Assembly: GCF_002945325.1 (NCBI RefSeq)
Contig: NZ_CP026606.1
Span: 690,001 to 722,000, forward strand
DNA: 32,000 nucleotides
Direction: 5' to 3'
Source: Methanococcus maripaludis
GTDB taxonomy: Archaea > AGJL01 > Methanococci > Methanococcales > Methanococcaceae
Shown here: one piece after another, positions 14,340 to 23,709 of the stretch
Numbering within the stretch: the first letter of the stretch is position 1
Layout of the letters: each line of letters begins with the position of its first letter
Notes under the pieces: model-generated
What the model saw: only the letters and a program-made list of their open reading frames with translations
What the model was told of the DNA's origin: nothing
The model's database searches: none
Translations under genes and position numbers: made by a program

Positions 14340-15428
14340 ATGAAAGGATTCTGCTACCGATGCGGTCATGAAGGCGAACTTCTTGATGGACTCTGCAAAA
14401 TCTGCTACACCCACATGAATCCGCTTATTAAAGTCGATAACGAGGTCCACGTCGAAGTATGCCACATGTGTGGATCATACAAACGAAAACTTTGGCAAGA
14501 CCCTCAAAAAAGGGAAACATACGAAATAATGGAAGAAATTGCTTATTTTGGAGTTAAAGATAATTTAAAAAAGGCCAATAAGAGCATCGATGTAGAAATA
14601 ATGCCGCAAGAGCCACGCCAACTTCCAGGGGGAAAAAGGTCCCGTGTAGAAATCCCCACCGTTGTTTTTGCAAAAGGAAGGCTTGTTGGTGAAGATAACG
14701 ATAGAGAAGAAGAAAGACACATTACAGTTTATCTTGACATGGTGCAGTGCCCAAGATGTTCAAGATGCATGTCAAACTACTATGAAGGGACACTCCAAGT
14801 TAGGGCAATGAACCGGTTTTTAAATGATAAAGAAAGGATAGAACTGGATGACTTCGTTAGAGATGAAGCTGGAAAACGACTTAATAAAGATAGGATGGCA
14901 TTTATCTCAAAATATATTCCACAAAAAGAAGGATTAGACTATCAGATGGGTTCAATGGGCGCTATAAGAAATATTGCATCAGCGATAAAAGCAAAATACG
15001 GCGGAAAGTCGATTGAAACTGCAAAACTCGTTGGAGTAGATAAAGATACTGGAAAAGACATGTATCGAATCACAGTTGCTGTTAGGATTCCAGAATTTAA
15101 AATTGGAGATATTTTAGAATATAATGAAAAAATTTACGTTGTTTCCTCATTGAATGAAGCTAGAGTTTATTTAGAACCTGTAGAACTTGGGGATAAAATT
15201 GCACTTGTCTGGAACGAAATCGATAAATCTGCAAAATTAATTAAAAAAGGAGAAGATTGTGAAACTGCAACAGTTATTTCAATTACGCCTGATACGATAA
15301 CAGCAATGGATGATTCAAATTACGAGATTTACGAGTATAATAATTCGATTGAAAATGTAAAAGAAGGAAATAAAATAAGAATATTTAAAAACGAAGAAAT
15401 TAACAGGATCTTAGAAATTATAGAATAA
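14340..15428 (+). CDS. NMD3-family protein (archaeal homologue of the 60S export adaptor)
   Basis: N-terminal Cys clusters CYRCGHE..CKICY, CHMCGSY and CPRCSRC are typical of NMD3. SD GGTGA before the ATG. Confidence 0.82.
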   Translation: MKGFCYRCGHEGELLDGLCKICYTHMNPLIKVDNEVHVEVCHMCGSYKRKLWQDPQKRETYEIMEEIAYFGVKDNLKKANKSIDVEIMPQEPRQLPGGKRSRVEIPTVVFAKGRLVGEDNDREEERHITVYLDMVQCPRCSRCMSNYYEGTLQVRAMNRFLNDKERIELDDFVRDEAGKRLNKDRMAFISKYIPQKEGLDYQMGSMGAIRNIASAIKAKYGGKSIETAKLVGVDKDTGKDMYRITVAVRIPEFKIGDILEYNEKIYVVSSLNEARVYLEPVELGDKIALVWNEIDKSAKLIKKGEDCETATVISITPDTITAMDDSNYEIYEYNNSIENVKEGNKIRIFKNEEINRILEIIE

Positions 15429-15429
15429 C

Positions 15430-15458
15430 TAAAAAATAAAAAATAAAAAAATTTTTTA
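15430..15458. terminator. bidirectional oligo-T terminator between convergent NMD3 and thrB
   Basis: The plus strand reads T-A6-T-A6-T-A7 followed by T6. This gives T7-A-T6-A-T6 on the minus strand for thrB and T6 on the plus strand for NMD3. Confidence 0.45.
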
Positions 15459-15465
15459 ATTTAAA

Positions 15466-16420
<955 letters not shown>

Positions 16421-16494
16421 AGTAAAAATAGATATAAAAATGCTACTTAAGAATTCACTCTTTTGAACGTAATAAAAAAGGTATTAAAGAAATA

Positions 16495-17463
16495 TTAATT
16501 AAATAGTGCGTAGAATTTCCCGTTTCTCGTTCCAAAATAGATTGTTCCGTTTTCATCTATTACGGGAGTGGCTATTATCCAGCTTCCTGTCTCAAAATTC
16601 CATTTTTCAGTTCCGTCAGGGTTTATTGCGTATAAGTGTCCGTCGTATGATCCAAAATAGATTGTATCAGTGTTTCCAATTACCGGAGATGATTCAATAC
16701 GTTTTCCAGTTTTAAAGCGCCATTTTTCAGTTCCGTCAGGGTTTATTGCGTATAAGTGCCCATCAAGTGAAGTTACGTAGATTGTTCCATCTTCAGAAAT
16801 TGCAGGCCTCGTAACAGTCCAGTAACCTGCGTAAAAATTCCATTTTTCAGTTCCGTCAGGGTTTATTGCATAAACTTTATCTGAACCAAAATAAATTGTT
16901 CCATCTTTTCCAATCGAAGCTGCAGATGTTATCGCATCATTGGTTTTAAAGCGCCATTTTTCAGTTCCGTCAGGGTTTATTGCGTATAAATAATTATCAT
17001 TTGAACCAACATAAATTGTTCCGTCTTCTGAAACTATTGGTGTTGCATATATCGCCTTTTTGGTTTTAAAGCGCCATTTTTCAGTTCCGTCAGGGTTTAT
17101 TGCGTATAAGTGCCCATCAAGCGAAGTTACGTATAAAATATCCTCAAAAATTGTAAAGTCTGATACGATTGCTTTTTTTGTATCAAATCTCCACTTTTCA
17201 GTTCCGTCAGGGTTTATTGCATAAACTTTATCTGAACCAAAATAAATTGTTCCATCTTTTCCAATCGATGGCCTACATTCAATTATTTCACCAGATTTAA
17301 AAAACCACTTTACGGATCCATCAGTATTTATTGCATAAAGATTTTTATTGCTCGAACCAAGATATATGGTACCGTTTTTAGCTAAAATTGGACTTGAATC
17401 GATACTATTTCCGATCAAAAATTCCCATTTGATTTTACAATCATTTACGCCCCCACGCAACAT
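16495..17463 (-). CDS. PQQ-like repeat beta-propeller protein (about 8 blades), no signal peptide
   Basis: Seven copies of (L/V)YAIN(P/T)DG(T/S)(E/V)KW(R/N/F)F plus a terminal FYALFN strand, with a period of 38-40 aa. ATG 17463 follows SD GGGGGA. The N-terminus MLRGGVNDCKIKWEF is not hydrophobic. Confidence 0.8.
   Translation of the reverse strand: MLRGGVNDCKIKWEFLIGNSIDSSPILAKNGTIYLGSSNKNLYAINTDGSVKWFFKSGEIIECRPSIGKDGTIYFGSDKVYAINPDGTEKWRFDTKKAIVSDFTIFEDILYVTSLDGHLYAINPDGTEKWRFKTKKAIYATPIVSEDGTIYVGSNDNYLYAINPDGTEKWRFKTNDAITSAASIGKDGTIYFGSDKVYAINPDGTEKWNFYAGYWTVTRPAISEDGTIYVTSLDGHLYAINPDGTEKWRFKTGKRIESSPVIGNTDTIYFGSYDGHLYAINPDGTEKWNFETGSWIIATPVIDENGTIYFGTRNGKFYALFN
16600..17334 (-). repeat. 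intragenic tandem repeats of 114-120 nt (propeller blades) with near-perfect DNA identity
   Basis: The 30-nt core CCATTTTTCAGTTCCGTCAGGGTTTATTGC occurs at 16600, 16720, 16840, 16954 and 17074. A copy with 1 mismatch is at 17191 and a degenerate copy at 17305. There is a 74-nt perfect repeat (16844-16917 = 17195-17268) and a 58-nt perfect repeat (16710-16767 = 17064-17121). Confidence 0.95.
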
Positions 17464-17621
17464 GATATCCCCCGATATGGCTTTTGAATTTGCACATACA
17501 ATTATACTTGTATGTTATATATTAGTTTTCATTGTCGTTAATTAAATCTAAATTATTTTAAATCAGAAAATAGAGAAGTATTATTGAAAATATTTAGTTA
17601 AAAACTAAAGAGGGGACGATA

Positions 17622-18548
17622 GTGGTTAAAAAAATAACCTTTGAAGAGGTATTAATTCCGATGGAAACTCCAGAATCGATGCATGAAGAATACGTTCAAA
17701 ATTACCTGAAACTTACAAGAGGTACTGGCAAGTTAATGCTTTTTGCAGGCGATCAAAAAATCGAACACTTAAATAACGATTTTTACGGGGAAAATATTTC
17801 AAAAGACGATGCAGATCCAGAACACCTGTTTAAAATTGCTAAAAATTCAAAAATAGGCGGTTTTGCGGTCCAGTTCGGATTGCTATCAAGATACGGTCAG
17901 AACTATAAAGATATAAATTACATTGTAAAATTAAATTCGAAAACAAATCTTGTGGAAACAGACCAAAAAGACCCCGTAAGTCGTGCATTGTTGGATATTA
18001 ACGATATATTAGAATTTAAGAAAAATTCTGGAGTTAATATTGTTGGAGTTGGATATACAATATATCTTGGAAGTGAATACGAATCAGAGATGCTTTCTGA
18101 AGCTTCAAAAATAATTTACGAAGCTCATAAGGGAGGTCTTGTTGTAATTCTCTGGATTTATCCAAGAGGAAAAGCCGTGCAAAATGAAAAAGACCCTGGA
18201 TTGATTGCTGGAGCTACCGGTGTTGCATCATGCTTGGGTGCAGATTTTGTAAAAGTAAACTACCCAAAATCGGAAAATCCTGCAAAATCATTTAAAGAAG
18301 CTGTTATGGCTGCTGGAAGAACTAAAGTTGTATGTGCGGGAGGGTCAAGTACGGATATTGAATCATTTTTAAAACAACTTTACGAACAGATTCACATAAG
18401 CGGAGCGTCAGGAAATGCGACAGGTCGAAATATCCATCAAAAATCGTTATCTGATGCCGTTGCAATGTGCAATGCAATTTATGCAATAACAATTGACGGA
18501 AAAACTGTTTCAGAAGCTTTAAATATATACAGCGAAAGAAAATCTTAA
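17622..18548 (+). CDS. class I fructose-bisphosphate aldolase family (DhnA/FbaB-type) enzyme; exact substrate not assignable
   Basis: Motifs LMLFAGDQKIEHLN and GADFVKVNYP (Schiff-base Lys context) are typical of the archaeal class IA aldolase / DKFP-ADH synthase family. GTG start 6 nt after SD GAGGGG. Confidence 0.72.
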   Translation: MVKKITFEEVLIPMETPESMHEEYVQNYLKLTRGTGKLMLFAGDQKIEHLNNDFYGENISKDDADPEHLFKIAKNSKIGGFAVQFGLLSRYGQNYKDINYIVKLNSKTNLVETDQKDPVSRALLDINDILEFKKNSGVNIVGVGYTIYLGSEYESEMLSEASKIIYEAHKGGLVVILWIYPRGKAVQNEKDPGLIAGATGVASCLGADFVKVNYPKSENPAKSFKEAVMAAGRTKVVCAGGSSTDIESFLKQLYEQIHISGASGNATGRNIHQKSLSDAVAMCNAIYAITIDGKTVSEALNIYSERKS

Positions 18549-18559
18549 AAGGTGATATT

Positions 18560-18745
18560 ATGGATATGGAAATGATACTCGGACTTATTGATACCCTTGA
18601 ACAGAAAGGTGTTGGAATTCAGCTGTCTGTTGAAAACCAGAAAACAGTCGAAATTTCAATAAAAAATAAAAATGTAGACATAAATATTGTGGATCCGTCA
18701 AAAATAGGAAAATTGATAAAAGAACTTAATATTAGGACTGATTAA
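18560..18745 (+). CDS. small hypothetical protein (61 aa)
   Basis: SD AGGTGA lies 4 nt before the ATG, 11 nt after the aldolase stop. No recognisable motif. Confidence 0.5.
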   Translation: MDMEMILGLIDTLEQKGVGIQLSVENQKTVEISIKNKNVDINIVDPSKIGKLIKELNIRTD

Positions 18746-20085
18746 TTTTTAACCATTTCTTTTACTATAAAATCTTTCTTTTCTATTGCCATGTCGCATG
18801 TTTTTCTAACTTTTTCCTTCATTTCTTCAAAGTTATCAGGTTTTTGTTCCCCAACTACTTTTTTAACTGGCGTGTATGCAGCTTCCCTGAATTTTGGAAT
18901 TAAAAGTTCTTTTTCGCCATTTTTATCAATTAAATAGCTAACATCTCCCTCTTTAACAACCCCAATTTGTTTAGCACCGGTTTTTTCCATTATCTCTCCG
19001 GCTTTATCTTTTGGAACAATTATCAAAAGGCTGTCAATTGAAACTCCTAAAGGATCGATATTTAATTTTTGAAGCATCTCGAGGACTTTCGGGTTTACGA
19101 GTTCATTAACTTTTTCTTTGTATATCTCAAGCGAAACTTTTGCAGTATTTGTGATCTCGAATGCATCACCCCTTAATCCGCCGTTTGTAACATCAGTCAT
19201 TACGTGGATGTGTTTTAAAAGATCGTTTTCAATCAAATTTTTGCATGATTTTAAAAAATCAACATTTATTGTTTCATTTATTACATCAAACATTCCGTAA
19301 TAGAGCGCAGTAGTAGAGATTGTTCCACCGCCACTTCCTTCAGTCATTAAAATTACATCCCCAACTTCAGCCCTTTTTCTTGCAGTTGGTTCTCCTTTTT
19401 CAATTGTTCCAATTGCACCAACAGCGCTGACCATCCTGTCCCCTAAAACCATGTCCCCGCCAACTCTTAAGGTACTTCCTGCAACAAGCGGTACATTAAT
19501 AGCTTCAGAAACTGCACAGATTCCTGCAGTGTAATCAAATATTTTTGAAACGTCTCCATCGTCTGCAAGGTGAACATCACTTATAACTGCAACTGCATCT
19601 GCACCCATTACGTAAACGTCCCTTAAAGCTGCTCTTGCAACGTGAAATCCTGCAATAAATGGAAAATCACTTAATCTTGAGTGGGTTCCATCAACTGCAA
19701 CTACAACGTGTTCTGCATTCGCACGTACAACTCCTGCATCGTCCTGTTCAGTACTGTCAACTTCAGTGTCCTGATTTGTACTTTCAATAATTCTCGCAAT
19801 TTCGCGGTGAACAAAAAAATCGCCTTCTCCTCGGCTTCCGACACCCATTTTTCCCATCGTAATTCCGGATTCTGGGCAGTCAAGTAGATATTTTAAATTT
19901 TTATCTTCTGATTCACGGTATTTTTCAGTTGTTTTTACTTCTTCGACTACTGCTTCGACAAACCTTCTTGCCCATCCCTCATCAGTGTCTTTAACTTCAA
20001 TCACTTTTTTAAAACCGTCTTCAATAATTTTAGACTCTGAAATTCCCTTTTTCAGACACTTTCTTACGTACCTTTCGATATCCAT
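18742..20085 (-). CDS. AIR synthase-related protein (PurM/ThiL/HypE superfamily) with an N-terminal extension of about 70 aa
   Basis: PurM-fold N-domain motifs DDAGVV and VAVDGTH. C-domain motif DVTNGGLRGD. SD GGTGAG. It lacks the C-terminal Cys motif of HypE. Confidence 0.7.
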   Translation of the reverse strand: MDIERYVRKCLKKGISESKIIEDGFKKVIEVKDTDEGWARRFVEAVVEEVKTTEKYRESEDKNLKYLLDCPESGITMGKMGVGSRGEGDFFVHREIARIIESTNQDTEVDSTEQDDAGVVRANAEHVVVAVDGTHSRLSDFPFIAGFHVARAALRDVYVMGADAVAVISDVHLADDGDVSKIFDYTAGICAVSEAINVPLVAGSTLRVGGDMVLGDRMVSAVGAIGTIEKGEPTARKRAEVGDVILMTEGSGGGTISTTALYYGMFDVINETINVDFLKSCKNLIENDLLKHIHVMTDVTNGGLRGDAFEITNTAKVSLEIYKEKVNELVNPKVLEMLQKLNIDPLGVSIDSLLIIVPKDKAGEIMEKTGAKQIGVVKEGDVSYLIDKNGEKELLIPKFREAAYTPVKKVVGEQKPDNFEEMKEKVRKTCDMAIEKKDFIVKEMVKN

Positions 20086-20157
20086 TCTCTCACCGGCCTT
20101 AGAAAAAAATTAAAAATAAAAATAAATAAAATATTCAATAATTAAAAAAATTAAAAA

Positions 20158-20538
20158 TTAGTTTCCGAGTTTTAAAATTGCTTCAGCTAAATCCCCATTA
20201 ACTTCTTCTAATGCTTTTTTAGCTTCTTCTTTTGAAACTCCGCACTGACTTGAAACCATTTCGATGTCTTCTTCGGTTACTTCAACTTTTACTTCGACAT
20301 CTTCGATTTTTTCTTCTTCTTTTGCTACTTTTTTAGCTTTTCCAGTAATTGAATAAGTTTTATTTCCAAGCATGTCCATTACCTGAACTTTTGGCTTTTC
20401 AAAGACCAAGAGTTTGTCTTCAAGTTCGATTGTAACTTTGACAGCTTTTAAATCTTCGGCATCCATTCCGAAATCTTTCATCATTTTCTGCATTTGTTTC
20501 ATCATTCTTGGATTGAACTTTCCTCCGCCAGGAAACAT
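20158..20538 (-). CDS. nac: nascent polypeptide-associated complex protein (archaeal NAC)
   Basis: MFPGGGKFNPRMMKQMQKMM N-terminus, a NAC domain and a C-terminal UBA (SKEEAKKALEEVNGDLAEAILKL). ATG 20538 follows SD GAGGTG. The track start 20595 adds 19 spurious residues. Confidence 0.9.
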   Translation of the reverse strand: MFPGGGKFNPRMMKQMQKMMKDFGMDAEDLKAVKVTIELEDKLLVFEKPKVQVMDMLGNKTYSITGKAKKVAKEEEKIEDVEVKVEVTEEDIEMVSSQCGVSKEEAKKALEEVNGDLAEAILKLGN

Positions 20539-20783
20539 GATAAACACCTCATAAATAGTTCGAATATGTTTAGAATAACTATAATTCGATAACATGATAT
20601 AAATACATTAATAAATTAAATCGAAATTACGGTTAATCAAAACCATGATTTATAAATCAGAATATTTTAATTAATTTTCGTTGCTAATCAGAGATTATTT
20701 AGGGTTTTTTACAAAAATTCACTATGCTATTTTTATATAGTACTCTGTCATAATTTTGGTATCTTAATCAGAAGAGGAATAGT

Positions 20784-21866
20784 ATGGATGCAAAACTCAT
20801 GAACATCAATAATAAAGAATTAATTAAGAAATCTATTCAGACAATCCAAAAACTCTCTGAAAAACTGGATGAAGTAAAAATAATGCACGTTTGTGGATCA
20901 CACGAACATACAATCTGTAAATATGGAATAAGAGACGTTTTACCTGATAATATTACAGTAGTTCCAGGACCTGGATGTCCTGTGTGCGTTACAACACAAA
21001 AAGAAATCGATAAAGCAATGTACCTTGCAGAACAGGGCCACACTATTGCAACGTTAGGAGACATGTATAGGGTCCCAGGAAGTAAAAAATCATTAATGCA
21101 ACTTCAATCAGAAGGGGCAGACGTAAAAATCGTTTACGGAATTGGGGATGCGGTAAAACTTGCAAAAAAACAGGATGAAAAGGTAGTATTTGTTGCAATC
21201 GGATTTGAAACTACTGCTCCAACAACTGCCGCAGAATTACTAAACAAACCTGAAAATTTCTACATATTAAATTCACACAGGCAGACCCCTCCAGTAATGG
21301 GATTTTTACTCGGCGGTGGAACTTCACTTAACTTAGATGGATTTATATGTCCTGGCCACGTTTCAACAATTACGGGGTTAAAACCATACTATGACCCTTG
21401 TAAGACGTACCATGCACCAATGGTTGTTGCTGGCTTTGAACCAATTGATGTAATGGCTTCAATCGTGATGATTTTAAAACAGCTCGTAAATGGTGACGCA
21501 AAAGTTGAAAATGAGTACACGAGAGGAGTAAGAGAAGAAGGAAACGTGATTGCTCAAAAAATTATGAATAAAATTTTTGAACCCGCTGATGTTGCATGGA
21601 GAGGCTTTCCAGTCATTAAAGACGGCGGTATGAAATTAAGAGAAGAATTCAAAAAATACGATGTTCATGAAAATATTGATGTTCCAGACATTAAAGAAAC
21701 CATAAACAAAGCCTGTATTTGCAGTGAAATTTTAAGGGGAGAAAAACTTCCGCACGACTGTAAACTCTTTGGAAAAACTTGTGATCCGATGAATCCAGTT
21801 GGAAGCTGCATGGTTTCTGATGAAGGAACTTGCAGAATCTTTTACAAATACAGTAAATTTAGATAA
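20784..21866 (+). CDS. hypD: [NiFe]-hydrogenase maturation protein HypD
   Basis: All HypD signature motifs are present: CGSHEHT, GPGCPVCV, GFETTAP and CPGHVS. Confidence 0.95.
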   Translation: MDAKLMNINNKELIKKSIQTIQKLSEKLDEVKIMHVCGSHEHTICKYGIRDVLPDNITVVPGPGCPVCVTTQKEIDKAMYLAEQGHTIATLGDMYRVPGSKKSLMQLQSEGADVKIVYGIGDAVKLAKKQDEKVVFVAIGFETTAPTTAAELLNKPENFYILNSHRQTPPVMGFLLGGGTSLNLDGFICPGHVSTITGLKPYYDPCKTYHAPMVVAGFEPIDVMASIVMILKQLVNGDAKVENEYTRGVREEGNVIAQKIMNKIFEPADVAWRGFPVIKDGGMKLREEFKKYDVHENIDVPDIKETINKACICSEILRGEKLPHDCKLFGKTCDPMNPVGSCMVSDEGTCRIFYKYSKFR

Positions 21867-21891
21867 ATACAATATTCCTTTTTTTTATTTT

Positions 21892-22632
21892 TTACAGTGC
21901 TATTTTTGAAAATATTCCGTATTTTAAAATTAAAATTCCAACCAGAACTGGCTGGTGGATTATATAAATTATTAGCGTATTTTGCCCCAAAATACATATT
22001 TTGTTAAAAAATCTGTTTTTAAAAATTTCAAATGAATGTCTCGAAACTCCATTTTTGTAATATTTTTCTGAAAAGCTCATTCCAAGTAAGTATACTCCAA
22101 ACCACGGAAAAATCGGGAAATAATCAAGCGTGTAAAAGTTAGTTGGAAGTATTCCAAGAGGAAGTAACCAATAGGTATCTAAAACAACTTCGCTAAATAA
22201 AACACCTAGAATCAAAAAAATAACTGAAAAAAACAGATTTAATTTTTTAAAACGGTAAAATATAATTCCCAAAATACCGGATATTGCCAAAAAGTGCATA
22301 ATTCCAAAATATATCGTTCCAGAAGTTAAAAAATAAGCAGTAACCGCAGTTATAACTACTGCAATTACAGAAAGTTTTAAAAAACGATCAAGGTAAGATT
22401 TGTAAGTTAAATTTTGAGAAGCAACTTTTTTTGAAAAACTGACATTAAAAGAAACCCCTGAAATAAATACAAAACTGGATGCTACAAAAAGAGCGAAAAA
22501 ACTCCAAAATAAAAGATATTCAGAGTATCCTAAAAAATATTTTAAATCAGTTACAAAATTTGAAATAACCATCAGTATTATTGCAAGTCCCCTGAAAAAA
22601 TCAATCTCCAAAAATCGGCCGGTTTTCTGCAT
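21892..22632 (-). CDS. polytopic membrane protein, DUF1624 / heparan-alpha-glucosaminide N-acetyltransferase-like
   Basis: The opening RFLEIDFFRGLAIILMV is typical of this family, and there are about 7-8 hydrophobic helices. I prefer ATG 22632, since the track start 22647 is a TTG. Confidence 0.6.
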   Translation of the reverse strand: MQKTGRFLEIDFFRGLAIILMVISNFVTDLKYFLGYSEYLLFWSFFALFVASSFVFISGVSFNVSFSKKVASQNLTYKSYLDRFLKLSVIAVVITAVTAYFLTSGTIYFGIMHFLAISGILGIIFYRFKKLNLFFSVIFLILGVLFSEVVLDTYWLLPLGILPTNFYTLDYFPIFPWFGVYLLGMSFSEKYYKNGVSRHSFEIFKNRFFNKICILGQNTLIIYIIHQPVLVGILILKYGIFSKIAL

Positions 22633-22669
22633 GCTGCAAACATCCAATTAAATAATTAATAATTAGAAT

Positions 22670-23464
22670 TTAAAGCTCAAGGATATTTGCCCTGAGTTTA
22701 TATGCACTACTGCAGTTCATTTTTTCTTCGTCGAGTATCTTAATATCTTTTAAACTTTTCAAACCCTGTTTTTCGGCAGTTTTTTCAATTCCCATCGTTT
22801 TATCAGTATTTATCTCTAAAACATGTGCTTCGAGTTCTTTTATGTTTGAAAGGCATGCTGCTACCGCCCTGTGGTGGCCATCAACCAAAATGTATTTTTC
22901 ATTTACATTTGTCTTTATAACAATTATCGGTTCAGCGAGTCCCCTTTTTAATTCATAAGCCCTTCCATAAAGTTCATCTTCGTAAACGTTGGCCTGAGTA
23001 GGGATTAAATCATCAATCTGGATAGTTTCCCGTTTTGTAGTTACTTCGTAACCTAAATTTATATATGAATTTACAATTTTTTTGAGCTTTTTTGGAGTGG
23101 TTTTTTCAATTTGCGACCTTATTACATCAGTGTTTGTAATAATTCCAAGGATATTATTGTTTTCATCAACTATTGGAAGTTTTGAAAATCCGGTTCTAAA
23201 CATTATCCTTCCAACATCCATTATTTTAGTGTGGGGCTTTGTAACGATCATGTCATCTCTTGGAGTCATGAATTCACTTACTTCATCCGATTCATCCTTA
23301 CCAATAAGGTCGTGAACTGAAACAATACCCTTAACTTTTGAATTTACCACAACAGGAAATGTATCGTGGGTAGTTTCCTTTACAAGTTTTATTATGTCTG
23401 AAACCGTAGCATCAGGGGTTATAGAATGAACTTTTTTTGTCATGTACTCTTCTGCGTATACCAT
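22670..23464 (-). CDS. CBS-pair domain protein fused to a ParB/sulfiredoxin-like domain
   Basis: The N-terminal half carries two CBS repeats (MTKKVHSITPD..., GFSKLPIVDENNNILGIITNTDV). The C-terminal half has PIIVIKTNVNEKYILVDGHHRAVAA (ParB/Srx DGHHR motif). SD AGGTAGGG. Confidence 0.75.
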   Translation of the reverse strand: MVYAEEYMTKKVHSITPDATVSDIIKLVKETTHDTFPVVVNSKVKGIVSVHDLIGKDESDEVSEFMTPRDDMIVTKPHTKIMDVGRIMFRTGFSKLPIVDENNNILGIITNTDVIRSQIEKTTPKKLKKIVNSYINLGYEVTTKRETIQIDDLIPTQANVYEDELYGRAYELKRGLAEPIIVIKTNVNEKYILVDGHHRAVAACLSNIKELEAHVLEINTDKTMGIEKTAEKQGLKSLKDIKILDEEKMNCSSAYKLRANILEL

Positions 23465-23469
23465 GATCC

Positions 23470-23700
23470 CTACCTTTTTTTGTAAATTATTTCCCCAGTC
23501 TTTGTATTCACAATCTCCAAAATTCTGTGAAAGGGAATGTGTGTTTCGTCAAAAACAAGAAAAGAGTCTTCAATAACGATATTTTTCAGAGGGACTGATT
23601 TTTCATCGTTTTCTGCGCCCCGGTGTAGATAATTTATAATATAATCCTCAGGATTATAATCAGGATGCCACAATAACTTGTTTATAAGTTCTTTTAGCAT
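23470..23700 (-). CDS. DUF504 / MJ1316-domain small protein (UPF0248-like)
   Basis: 76 aa. LINKLLWHP...IPFHRILEI matches my memory of the family pattern (LNKxxW ... IPxHRI). 9-nt and 5-nt gaps to the neighbouring genes. Confidence 0.6.
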   Translation of the reverse strand: MLKELINKLLWHPDYNPEDYIINYLHRGAENDEKSVPLKNIVIEDSFLVFDETHIPFHRILEIVNTKTGEIIYKKR

Positions 23701-23709
23701 TATACCAAC

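Noticed and set aside
18742-20085. HypE, because the gene lies in the same region as hypD and hypA.
   Set aside because: It is 447 aa against about 335 aa for HypE, it has an extra N-terminal domain and it lacks the C-terminal Cys-containing HypE motif. I call it only a PurM-superfamily protein.
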